Source: Octopus sinensis | Lineage: Eukaryota | Reading direction: 5' to 3' | DNA length: 64,000 bases | NCBI RefSeq assembly: GCF_006345805.1 | Contig: NC_043003.1 | Coordinates: 81,406,001 to 81,470,000, forward strand | Part shown: positions 40,688 through 52,929 of the stretch, piece after piece | Numbering within the stretch: position 1 is the stretch's first letter | Layout of the letters: every line of letters begins with the position of its first letter | Position numbers and translations under genes: made by a program | The notes under the pieces: generated by a model | What the model saw: the letters and a program-made list of their open reading frames with translations, nothing else | Databases searched by the model: none | What the model was told of the DNA's origin: nothing

Positions 40688-41848
40688 CAGATATATACAT
40701 ACATACATTCACACATATATATATATATACATATATATATATATGTTTATATGCATATATACATACACACACACACACATATATATATATATAGATAGAT
40801 AGATAGATAGATAGACAGATATATATATACATACATACATGCATATATATATATATATACATGTTTATATGCATATATACATACACACATATGCATGTAC
40901 GTACATACAAATGTGTGTGTGCATACGTGTGTGTGTATTCATGCCAACAGAACTCTGATTTAAATTTTCTAGCGGTTTATTCCTGAAAAGCTAGTGCATA
41001 TATAAAATTCAATCAATTCCGAGTTTCTAAGACATTAACGAAAAATGACATTTGTTTCATAAATAGTAAATAGCAGATGTGAATCATGTTTAGCTCAGGT
41101 GATAAAATGGCAGCCTATTGAGAAAAATATAAACTAACACCAATGACATTCATTTAAATCTATTTGAAAGCCAATGCTTGTCTACATTTCATTACAATAT
41201 CCAGATTCATATACATATGTAAAATCCAAAGTAATTATATTTTTTATCAATTTTCTTTTAACCTTGTACAAGACATTAAACAGAAGAGCAGATGCAAAAT
41301 TCTAAGTATGTATATACTATGCCTGGCTTAAAGCTATATGGTTCTCATTTTCTAATAAGCATTGTCAATTCTACACATCTTGTTACAAGAAGATATGTAA
41401 TAAAACATAATTTAGATTATAGCTTCTACTCAAATTTCTACTGAATTACCTGCTAATACATATATTTTAGAAATGGATTCTAGCCCAATACTCACTATTT
41501 CCAACTCATTCATTTATTCACTAGCCATCCATTAACATCGATATACAAATGTTATGTTTGAGTTATTTCATATGAAGTTCAGTCTAAGAGTTATAACTTT
41601 CGTTTCTACTGTCATTGACTAACATATTTATGTAAGTGGATAAGAATATTTCTATCTTAAGTTTAAGAATTATATTTCCTGGTTCAACACACCTTGGAAT
41701 AATGGTGATAATGTGATGACAATCAAAGATCAAACCAATTGAAGCATAGATTAAATGATAATATAAAACAAAGTAAATATCAAAATAAAAACAAAATTAA
41801 GATTCTATGAAAATAGAAGCTAATTTATGCTATGTTATTAAAGTAACT

Positions 41849-41954
41849 TTACTAGCTACGGCGGTACATATTCTGAAATTGGAATGATACAAAAAAAGAT
41901 TAGTATGCCCCTGCACAAGGATGACACGCAAATTCGTGAAGCATTCCATATTTT
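41849..41954 (+). pseudogene. U6: U6 snRNA pseudogene, full-length and diverged
   Basis: aaattggaatgatacaaaaaaagattagtatgcccctgcacaaggatgacacgcaaattcgtgaagcattccatatttt; the ACAGAGA box is mutated to ACAAAAA. Confidence 0.93.
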
Positions 41955-41956
41955 CT

Positions 41957-42358
41957 AGGTGCAGGAGTGGCTGTGTGGTAAGTAGATTGCTTACCAACCA
42001 CATGGTTCCAGGTTCAGTCCCACTGCATGGCACCTTGGGCAAGTGTCTTCTACTATAGCCTCGGGCCAACCAAAGTCTTGTGACTGGAATTGGGAGATGG
42101 AAACTGAAAGAAGCCCGTCATATATATGTATATATATGTGTGTGTGTGTGTGTGTATGTGTTTGTCCCCCGCAACATCGATTGCCAACCGATGCTGGTGT
42201 GTTTACATCCCCATAACCTAGCGGTTCGGCAAAAAAGACCGATAGAATAAGTACTAGGCTTACAAATAATAAGTCCTGGAGACGATTTGCTCAACTAAAG
42301 GCGGTGCTCCAGCATGGCCACAGTCAAATGACTGCAACAAGTAAAAGAGTAAAGAGTA
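41957..42358 (+). mobile_element. SINE family A, full-length, directly after U6
   Basis: aggtgcaggagtggctgtgtgg begins 2 nt after the U6 TTTT. Confidence 0.9.
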
Positions 42359-42560
42359 CAAATATCAGGATGATTACTAAAAGTAATGTCAAAATTATTA
42401 TACAATGTGTTGTGGTTCGATAAACTATCAAGTATATCTTGTCTCAGTCAACATAAATTTTGTAATAATCTTAATATGTAAAAATATGACTCCAAAGTGA
42501 TCAGTGTGTCTTGGTACAAAGCTGAATTACATCAAATGCAAATCCTATATGCAAACTTAC

Positions 42561-42822
42561 CTATGACTAATAACTTGAAAACTCTGTAATCTGTTTTTTA
42601 CAAATCTTTATATGTGGCTGGAAATGATATTGCTGTTGTTGTCTTCTTTTCTTCTTCCAATGATGCCTAGTTGTATTTCTAGCATTCCGAATCCAAATCT
42701 TGTCATATCCTACTTCAGTAGAAGACTTCATCTGTTTGGGTTAGGTCTCCTTTTTGAGGGACTCTCTTTTCTTCAAGTCTTGTAGGTTTTGCAAAGAGTC
42801 ATGGGAAAGCCTTCCTTCTTGA
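42561..42822 (-). other. Candidate spliced exon (262 nt) of an unknown transcript
   Basis: Acceptor tattcttttag| and consensus donor AG|GTAAGT; unique sequence; an internal ATG frame is open to the donor; no recognisable homology. Confidence 0.3.
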
Positions 42823-42849
42823 CTAAAAGAATAGTAATAATAATTTATA

Positions 42850-43065
42850 CAAGCAGGTGCTGGAAAGTTCCTGGTTTTAAGGGTATTATGGAAGGCCTGA
42901 TTGGAGGCTCAACTTTCTGAATTCTTTTACAGGGCTTAGAAAAACTGAAGTACCACAACAATAAATGTATAAATCTGAGGGGGAATATGTTGAATAATAT
43001 CACTATTAACTGATCCTCCTGTATTTTCTTTTACCCAATGATAGAAACCTTTCAGTACTCTCTCG
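42850..43065 (+). mobile_element. mariner-derived MITE
   Basis: TIR-like ggtgctggaaagttc / gaaacctttcagtact; internal GLEKL..KCINLRGEYVE* transposase C-terminus; sister copy at 59202. Confidence 0.75.
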
Positions 43066-45748
43066 CAAACACACACACACACACACACATGTCTGTTTGA
43101 TCATGTTGAGGTTAAACAACTATTAAAAACAGCAATGACAATACCCATTTGTTTTATACTCTTTGTAAATTTGCTACTTATGAATACTATTGTGCATAGC
43201 ACCATGACAAGAATATGCTAGGTGCCTGGTTGAAGTTGGTGCTTGGTGCAAGTTTTTCACTGAGAGTACTACCCAACTCTTATTCTAATCCACAGATTTT
43301 ATTCTACTTCCACACTCTCTTTCTTTGTCTATACCTCTTCTTCTTATAACCACTGCATTCCATCTGAACTGAGTAACCTATAAACTATGATATTAAAATT
43401 AAATGATGATTCTGAAATTAAATGAAATAAATATTACAAAATTAATATTTTGCGCTTATTTTTAATTCTTTGTTTTTAGCTAATAATATTGAAATTTTTC
43501 TAAAATTTTAATTATGCATGCAAAATATTGCAATGATATATCCCTGTAAAAGAGATACAACAATATTTAATAAATTCTAATTAATATAACAATATTTTAT
43601 TTCCTCTTTTTGTTTGATATCATAACCAGACATTATGAACAAAAGTTCACGACTCAGTAAGATTAATAAGCAATAGAAAACAAAACAAAAATTAGATCAT
43701 TAATAATTAGAAATTATTATATATTTTTAAGACAATGATTTAAAGCAAAATTCATACCAATGGAAATCATGGATGGTTTAGTTTGGGGTTGAGGTGTTGG
43801 ACTCGCAATTTATTGATTCATGGCTAAAACTCAATCATAAATTGTGAGCAAAATAGAATAGGATTCCAGTCCAATGATCAATGTACAAACAAGAATGCTA
43901 GTTGAAACTGGTGATAACATAATGTTTAGTTTTGCATATGTTATGTGAAATAACATATGCAAAACTAAAATTAATTGCTATTCGTAGAGAATCTTACAAA
44001 AGGGATGTTAGCTGATTTTTCTTTTGAAGCATAGCAGATTATCTCCACTTGTTTGACAACATATCATATTGATATAGCTATAGTAAAAGTTTTGTTTCAC
44101 GATAGTCTGGATCATGTGAGAAAGTCACACACATGTGCACGTGCATGCAGACATACACACATAAAAAATAAACAAGTTTAAGCTGAATACATAGCAAAAT
44201 ATATAACAAAGAGCTGTTTCACAAATTCGTTCAATTTAAAATGGTTGTGTTTCTTTCCCTTCCATATTAAGTAGGCATGGAGAAGAAGACAAAACACAAA
44301 CATGAATAGAAAATTTTCAAAATAAAAAGATAATAATGAGAGAAAAATAGATAAGACAAATTAAATTTTAAATATATTTGGTCTACTCAACAAAAATTCT
44401 TTACAAAGCATTTCAAAAATGTTTGACTTAAATTGGAATTCAAATCACTGAAAGCATTAAAAATCAAATATCAGCAATAAAAGTTATAAGAATAAAAAAA
44501 AAGAAAAAGATAATAAAAAGAAAATAAATAAATAAAAATACCATTAACTGAAGTCACACCAATCACGATATATGAAACCAAGAAATAGGGGAAAAAATGT
44601 CCCAGAAAATGAAGCATCATCAACAATTTGTATGTTGGACAGCATCATGTTAGTTGAATGACATAGCAGTATAAAAGTGTTCTTAGCTCACAATATGTTT
44701 ATTTTATTGATTTGAATTCAATTGAAAATTAAATAGAAAAATTGGAAGACTGTAAATCTACTTAGTAAATCTAAAATTCTTCAGCTTAGTTCTTGAAACC
44801 ATTATAATTATTATTATTAATAGTATTATTATAATGATAAACATCAGCATCATCATAGTCGATGTTGTTGTCATCATCATCCTCATCATCATCACCAGCA
44901 GCAGCAGCAGCATCATCATTATCATTCTCATTATTATTTTGTTTTTTTATGTTTTTAATTATTTATTTAGTTATTCTTTTTTTTTTTACTTTACTACAAC
45001 CGGTTGCTGTTTACAGAGTACTTGAAGCTGTATTTACTATAAGGAAGTACAAACGAACAGTATTGTCTTTGTTGCATAGATATGTCATGGATGTACAACA
45101 AGAAACACAGGCTTGGCTTGGAATGTTTGTCTAAATCATGTAGACACATTACTCATGGGACCAGCAGTTTGTTGAAAGTATTTCACTGTCCCATTCAAAA
45201 CAATGTATTTCATATTTGTTTTTTGATTCATAACAGGAGATACATGCCTCTTATTTCTTTCTAAGTATTGATATATTGAGAGATTGAATAAATATGTGCA
45301 TGCATGCATGTGTGTGTGTGTGTGAGTAAGTGTTTGTCTGTGTAACTTGTGTAGGTGTATATTTACATATGAAAGTGTGTGTGTGTATCAATACAATAAA
45401 GGAAAATATATATATGAGCAAATATATATACATAAAAAAATATGTAAATAAATATACATAAATATATGTATAAAATATATAAATAAATATATATATATGA
45501 GTATATTTATAGATATATAACTGTATATATATATATATATATATATAAATAAAATAAAATAAAATAAAATAATAATAGTAAAAATATATATATTAAAATT
45601 TATAAGTTTAAATTATTTAAATATTTTAATTTGGAATTTTATATTTTTTATATTTTATATTTTATATTTTTAATTAATTTTATTTCTATGTATTGTCTTA
45701 TGATTTTCACTGTTTGATTTGCCTAATAGTGGTTTTATCTCTAATTTA

Positions 45749-45788
<40 letters not shown>

Positions 45789-45819
45789 TATATATATAAA
45801 TACATAAGCATATAGAAGT

Positions 45820-45854
<35 letters not shown>

Positions 45855-46519
45855 CGGAAATCTTTCATCACACATTTGTGACCTCTCCAGTGAGTCTTCA
45901 ATCCATGACAATAATTGCAACACCCACAAACTCTTCATCTCCTTTAGTGCAACAGCATGGAAGACCTCCTCCACAGAAAGAATTCTAGACAATGGAGATA
46001 AGATAAACTAAGAACAATGATAAACAATTGTAGAATGAATATATAGTGTCTTTATTTGGAAAAGAAGCAAAAAAATCAGCGTTCTGAAATATAACAATAT
46101 CTACTTCAGCAAAGGATTTCACATCAGGAATCTTGCAAAATAGATTTGTAAATGCACATAGACACACACACACACATGCACATGAGTATATACATATATA
46201 TACATATATATGTGTGTGTGTGTATGTGTACATATATGTGTATGAATATATATATATAATATATATATATATATACAACATACATACATATATACATATA
46301 TAAATATACATTGATATGAATATGTGCATGTGTATATATGTGTGTGTAGCTGTATTGTTAATGATTTTACTTCAAAAACTGTGTTGTTTTGAGTTCAACC
46401 CTACTATACAGCACCTTGAGTGAATGCTTAGTGCTTTAGTGCTTGGCCTAATAATTCTTTTATAGTGAATCTGATAGACAGAAACTATAGGAAGCCATCT
46501 CATATATATATATATATAT

Positions 46520-46730
46520 ATAAAATACAGTGTACATTTAAACACATTAAGAGGTTTGGACTTTAGCTGTTCTTTTTAGCATAAAGGATTTCTATGATGG
46601 AAACCTCTTAATGTGTTTAAATGTACACTGCATCTTATATGAATATCATATAGTCTATTGACAAATTTTTCTATATGCTAGGCCATTGGTAGTAAAAATT
46701 TCTAAAATCATTATTACCCTGATATTATTA
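46520..46730. mobile_element. Family Q copy with short inverted arm
   Basis: 46521-46557 is the reverse complement of about 46601-46640; junction at a ggttt microhomology; (TA)n flanks. Confidence 0.7.
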
Positions 46731-46763
46731 ATTAGATACATATATATATATATATATATATAT

Positions 46764-46982
46764 GTTTCTTTATTACCCACAAAGGGCTAAACATAGAGGG
46801 GAGAAACAAGGACAGACAGACAGACAGATTATATCGACCCCAGTGCGTAACTGGTACTTAATTTATCGACCCTGAAAGGCAAAGTCGACCTTGGCGGAAT
46901 TTGAACTCAGAACATAGCGGCATACAAAATACAGCTACGCATTTCGCCCGGCGCGCTAACGGTTCTGCCAGCTTGCCACCTT
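46764..46982 (-). mobile_element. SINE family C, well preserved
   Basis: Minus strand ggcaagctggcagaaccgttagcgcgccgggcg..gagttcaaattccgccaaggtcgactttgcc; CpGs retained. Confidence 0.8.
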
Positions 46983-47202
46983 GTATATATATATATATAT
47001 ATATATACACTGTGTAATACCATGGGCAAATGTTTTCTACTATAGCCCTGAAAGAAGTCCATCACACATACACACACACACATATATTTATATATATAAT
47101 GGTCCAAGGAGACTTCATAAATCAATAAAAAAACACACTCAAAATGTAGAGGAGATTTACTATTGATAGATTATTATAAATTAAGCACGAAATGTCATAA
47201 AT

Positions 47203-47915
47203 ATTGGTTTCAAATTTTGGCAAAAGGCCAGTAACATTGTGGTGGGGGATAAATCAACTACTTTGGCTCTAGTGCCCAACTGGTGGAATTTGAACTCAGA
47301 TTGTAAAGATGGATAAAACAAAATTATTGGTTTAAAATTTTGGCACAAGGCCAGTAATTTTGTGGGTGGGGGTTAAATCAATTACATTGACCCCAGTGCT
47401 CAACTGGTACTTATTTTACTGACCATGAAAGGGTGAAATGCAAAGTCAACCTTGGTGGAATTAGAACTCAGAATATAAGGACAGATGAAGTACTGCTAAG
47501 CATTTTGCCCAGCAGGTTAACAATTCTGCCAGTTCACAGAAACAGCAAAAATATTACCACTTGGTTTCATGGAAAATTTGTCTTTCCTCAACAGAAAGAG
47601 CAGTTTAAAAAACATCAGACATGGTTGACCAGAAGTGTATAGCTTAGACCCTTTGCACTAAAGGTGGAACTGAAAACATGCAGTCAAAAAATTCCTTCAT
47701 ATTCAGCCTTTATTTCCTCAGTTCCCTCATTGTACTCTGCTTTTCATGCACACTGATATTGATTTCAAATTCTGGTACAAGGCCAAAAGTGCTCAACTGA
47801 TACTTATTTTATCAATCCCAAAAGAATGAAAGACAAAGTTGACCTTGATGGAATTTGATTTCAGACTGTAAAGATGGACAAAATGCCACACTAATGATGC
47901 TGCCAGCCCACCACC
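47203..47915 (-). mobile_element. Three SINE family C fragments
   Basis: Repeated caaattttggca.aaggcc..caactgg..ggaatttgaactcag blocks with internal deletions. Confidence 0.7.
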
Positions 47916-48194
47916 GTCATGCTCACTAATATCTCAATGTAAAGCAGACTTGCTTTGTCTTTTACTGGGTTTCACTGGCCAGTAAGAAATGAATTAATCA
48001 TCCTGTTCCTTCTCCCATTTACTAATTCTTTAGTCTTTACTAAGTTTGCTTTAAAATTCTTTAATTCTAAGTTTTGCTTTAACATCTGGAATTTCTTCTC
48101 TAAATCCATTTGAGATTAAGTATGAGAAGCAGAGCATCATCATATCAAAATTCTCTCAGACAGCCAGTATTGAATTCCTTTGTTAATAAATAAT

Positions 48195-48375
48195 GAATTC
48201 TGATGAACAGAAGTGGACTGTGGACTGAGCTTTGATGAGCTCCTCACCATTGCTGACTGCCACCTTGATACTTGCATCAGTATATATGGCTTGTATAGCT
48301 TTTACAATCTATTCAGCAATCTTTTGTTTCCACAGTTGCCACATCATCACTAAACATGAGACCCTGTCAAAAATG
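48195..48375 (-). pseudogene. Decayed RTE RT fragment
   Basis: FDRVS..MWQLWKQKIAE*IVKAIQAIYTDA..KVAV..HQSSVHSPLLFI. Confidence 0.6.
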
Positions 48376-48711
48376 TCATATATATAGAGACTTACACCTG
48401 GCTAATTAGGTCTCATGTAACTGTCTTAATAAGATGGCATCAGTACTACTTCATTCTGACACAAAGCTGAATTGCATCTCAGCAGTAAATCCTAGTGGAC
48501 CAGATGTCTTTCCACCTTCACATCCTAAATTGATCTATCTATCATACTGCTGTCAACTTAAATGGCTGGTTCCTCAACTGAACTCAAGTTTGGAAAGCTT
48601 CTTCCTCCCATACACATGCACACACACATGCATGCAAACACACATGCATGCACGTGCACACATGCACACATGTGCACATACACATACACACACATGAACA
48701 GATGTATGTGC

Positions 48712-49380
48712 GTGGGTGCATTGCTTAGCAGTTAGTGCATTCAGCTCATGATTGAAAGATTGTGAGTTCGATTCCTCTAAGTGTGTTGTATTCTTGAGCA
48801 ACACACTTTATTTTACGTTGCTCCAGTCCACTCAGCTGGTAAAAATGAGTTGGTCCAGTAGATCAAAGAACCAGCCTTGTCATATGCTGTTGTCATGTTG
48901 AATCTCCATGGGGACTCTGAGACCTCCTTTGGTCATGACTGACTGTGGGATTGCACCTAGAAAGTTACCCTCTCAGGTACAAGTCCGGGCAAGGTTATTT
49001 ATGGAAGACCAACAGCTGCCCATGCATACCAGGCGCCCCCTCTCCATGCTACCAGTGTTATCCAAGGGAAAGGCAAAAGCCGGTACAGCTTGGCACCTGT
49101 AACGTTGCAACCCATTTCTACTACTGAATGAGCAACGTGAAATAAAGTGCCTTGCTCAAGAACACAACACACAGCTCGGTCCGGGATTTGAACTCACAAC
49201 CTCACGATTGTAACTCGACGCTCCAACCACTGAGCCATGCACCTTCACTCCATGGGAACTACATTAATGGTATGCATGTCTGTGGAGTGCTCAACCCCTT
49301 GCACATTAATTTCATGAACAGGCTGTTCCATTGAGTGGATAAACTGGAACACTTGGCATCATGACCGAAAGAGTGCTAGT
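48712..49380. mobile_element. SINE nested in a SINE (inner 48917-49247 minus, outer plus)
   Basis: 13-bp TSD ctccatggggact (48904-16) / ctccatgggaact (49248-60); both elements have tRNA-like heads. Confidence 0.75.
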
Positions 49381-50619
49381 GTATGTATGTATACATTAAT
49401 ACAAATTGGTACACTTACTCTGTTATCTAGCTTAACATTATTACCTTGGATCTTTGGTGCCTTTAATAGAATCCATTCTGTTGCAAGTATTTCGACCAAA
49501 TCTCTAGTTTGAGTGTTCCTTCCCCTTTCCATCTTACCAGCCTCAGAGGCCCTATATAGGGTGATGAGTATGCCTTTTCAGTAGATTGAAACACATAGAT
49601 GTGTGTGTATACATGCATATATATATATATATAATATATATATGAGCACGTGTGTGTGTGCATGAGCGGCGGCCTGTGGTGTAGTGGTTGTGGTGTTGCT
49701 TCATCATTGTGGGCAATGTGTTGTGTTTTTGAGCAAAAGACATCATTTCAGGTTGATCCAGTCTATTCAACTGGAATTAATGAGTAACCCTGCATTGGGC
49801 TGGTATCCTAGACAGTGGAGAGTATATACATCATAGAATCCAGAAAACTGGCTTATGAGTCTCTGGCTCAAGAAGGACCATTGATCATTATTTTGACACA
49901 AACATACACATGCATGCATGCACACAAATCAATTTCTGTCATTGAGAAGGTGAAATAATTCCCAAACTCCATACTAGTAGTTTTGTGGTATCATTTGGAG
50001 ATTGATGCAGTGCATATTCATACACAAATTCTTCAGGGAGAAAGTTTTTCACCAAGACAAAGTTCCTGTGATTAACTTACACATTCTATCATGCAGAAAT
50101 GTATTGAAAACAAACATGCTTATTTCTTATTTTGATCTTTGTTGTCTTATATATATATAATCACATTTGTACTATCAAGACCATCATAAGAACCAGAATG
50201 AGGTAGACAAAATTGCTAGAACCACAGACATTATGCAAATGACATAGATTTAAATCTTAGCTTTATAAAATTAGGAGAAAAAAATATTGTCTTAAAATAC
50301 AAATTATAGTTTAATAAATGGAGTATATTTATGCACAACTAACAGCACCAGTTTGAAAAATAGTAACATAAATTGATCCAAGAATAATTTTTAAGCAATT
50401 CACTCCACATAAATTCATGCAAGTGGGTGTTTGCATACCACACTTTATGTAAGGGTATTTCTACTGTGTTTCATGTATTTCTCACTATTGAGTTCCAGTT
50501 AATAGGCAATAAAATTCTGAGTGACTGACCTATTCTGAATATAATTAATTCCATCAAACATACATTTGCTATTACTCATGTCATGTTTCATAAGGTGCAC
50601 TATGTAAATATATATAACA

Positions 50620-51592
50620 AGCTAAGTCAAAACTATTTTCATAGTTCATGATTTGATTAATAATTCAAACAAGTTATATATGTAAAGTATTTATTCACCA
50701 AACTATAACCCATCATATACTACTTTCTGTTGCCATCATTGAGCCAGAAGCTTATACCATTCCATGCTTATACCATTTGGCTGGTTTCAAAGCTAAAAAA
50801 ATCTCCATCCATTTGATTTCAAAGTCATCCCTGTTTTTGAACCTCCATCCATGTAGGAATTGAGCCATGGCTTAGAAAAAGGTGGTAATCTGGTGGTGCA
50901 ACATCCAGATTATAGGCAGGGTGATGTGGAACTTCTAGTTCCTTAAGCTCCTCAAATTTCCATTTGATTACATGGCAGTGTGTGATAATATCTCTTAGAT
51001 TCAATTTCCATCCCCAGTTACAATTTGACACCAAAAATGGGCATCTTGAATTCTTGTCAATAGTTTTTCATAGATGTTCCCAAATCGTTGAGCCTCATCA
51101 TAGGTCACTTCATGAAGAGCTTCTCAACAGCACAAGGCTGAGTTTTTGAATTTGTTGATTGATGGTGCTTTGTGAAGGACCAAGTATTCTGCTGACAATG
51201 CATGTGTGCTTTTGCTTGGCTCTTATTTATCCATTTCAAGAAAGGTCTTCCTGACATTGGTTTGTTTTCAAGGTTAGTGTCACCTTCCTTCAAACATATG
51301 AGCAAGTTTTTTTTCCATACATTCCATGTAATTTCCTAGGCCTTCCACATCATAAATTTCTTTTGCTTCTGCCCATGCATGTCGTACTTTTTTTTTTCCA
51401 CAAGGAGAGAAAATGGCTTTACTTGCAATTTTTCACCATACATTATCAAAGCTGTAAAATAAAGGACGAAAATAAAGAATAAACAGTTCATCAATGATTG
51501 GACAACTTGTATGAAATTAATTACACAACATAGAGAAATTAGTTGCTAAAAATCATCAGTGAAAATGCAGAGAAACTTTTGAGTCAACCTAG
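50620..51592 (-). mobile_element. Decayed, internally deleted mariner
   Basis: KEGDTNLENKPMSGRP and HHPAYNLDVAPPDYHLF motifs; TIR-like taggttgactcaaaagtt at the right end. Confidence 0.75.
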
Positions 51593-51625
51593 TGTGTGCA
51601 ATATTTAAGTGCATGTGTGTGTGTA

Positions 51626-51671
<46 letters not shown>

Positions 51672-51674
<3 letters not shown>

Positions 51675-51818
51675 GAGTGGACGCAAGCACTAATATATGA
51701 TTTATAAAAACATATGACATATTAATTAAATATCTGTAAATATGAACCACCCAGATTGCTGTGTACCTCATTTCTTCTAACATATAATACCTGTACATAA
51801 TCTCCAAACCTTCTAATA
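51672..51818 (+). mobile_element. Family P2 3' fragment within (TA)n
   Basis: Starts at tagagtggacg, in the middle of stem II, and matches the reverse complement of 23515-23665. Confidence 0.65.
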
Positions 51819-51821
51819 TAT

Positions 51822-51876
<55 letters not shown>

Positions 51877-51924
51877 GTAATATATGTATGTATGTATATG
51901 CATATATGTATATATAATATATAA

Positions 51925-51965
<41 letters not shown>

Positions 51966-52469
51966 TGTATACATATATATACATATATATAATAGAAATG
52001 TGTATGTATATGTACATATGTATATTTATTTGTATATATCTAGATTGTTATCATTCTGTTTATCTGTCTAGCATTCAGTCTATCTCTATTCGTCTCTCCC
52101 CTTCTCTCTGTCTCACACTTTCTTTACACACACACACGCGTGTGTGTGTATGTATATATATATATATATATGTCTATCAGTCCGAACATTTTAATGCCCT
52201 CTATTCTGTTTTTCTTCCATTTTTATATATATATATACATAGCAGCATACGTACACCCTTGTTCTCATCTTATTGTAGGAATGTATCTAAATTTTGTACA
52301 ACTCTTACTTGATCTTTTATTCCTCCATCTCATTTTTCTTCTTTTCTCTTCCTGCCCCTCTCTCATATTTCTTGGCCCTCTCTTTCTATAACTCCCACTA
52401 TTTCCCACTCGTTTATCTCTCCTGCACCTTTCTCTTTGTCTCTGATTTTTTTCTAATCCTCCAATCCTG

Positions 52470-52822
52470 CAGGTTTCATATCCTAGACTTTGTCTTTTAG
52501 GTATCCCCATAAAAAAAATCTAGTGGTGTGAGGTCTGGTGAACTCGCAGGGTATTCAATGAAACCCCTTCGTCCAATCGACCTGTTTGTCATGGCCTCAT
52601 CAAGGAAGGATCTAACATAGTGATGTTAGTATGGGGCTGCTCCATCTTGCTGAAAATAAAACTCCTCATCTTCAAAGTCTTCTCTAATAATTGGCATGAC
52701 AGACTGTTACAGCAAGTTCAAGTAAACGAGACCAGTCACAGTAGCGTAAAAAATGTATGGTCCAGTTAATCCTCTTGATGATAAACCACACCACACTGCA
52801 ACTCCTGGTAAATTAACATGGT
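52470..52822 (-). pseudogene. DD41D (rosa/Visitor-type) Tc1/mariner transposase fragment
   Basis: [62 protein letters not shown]: 41 positions between the two aspartates. Confidence 0.8.
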
Positions 52823-52929
52823 GTAATGCCTCACTGCCTCTAAAAATTATTAAGAAAAATACTTTTATATTGATTTATGTACATAAATGTGTGTGTGTGT
52901 GTGTGAAAGTATTGGAAAGAAATTTTGTT

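Noticed and set aside
41849-41954. Functional U6 gene
   Set aside because: The ACAGAGA box and AGC triad are mutated, and there is no clear TATA box at the expected distance.
45853-45945. GNLSSHICDLSSESSIH as a Penelope RT C-terminal remnant
   Set aside because: Too short and diverged to support.
49560-49610. GTGATGA..GAAACACAT hammerhead-like text
   Set aside because: C3 is missing, there is no stem II, and the cleavage position would be G.
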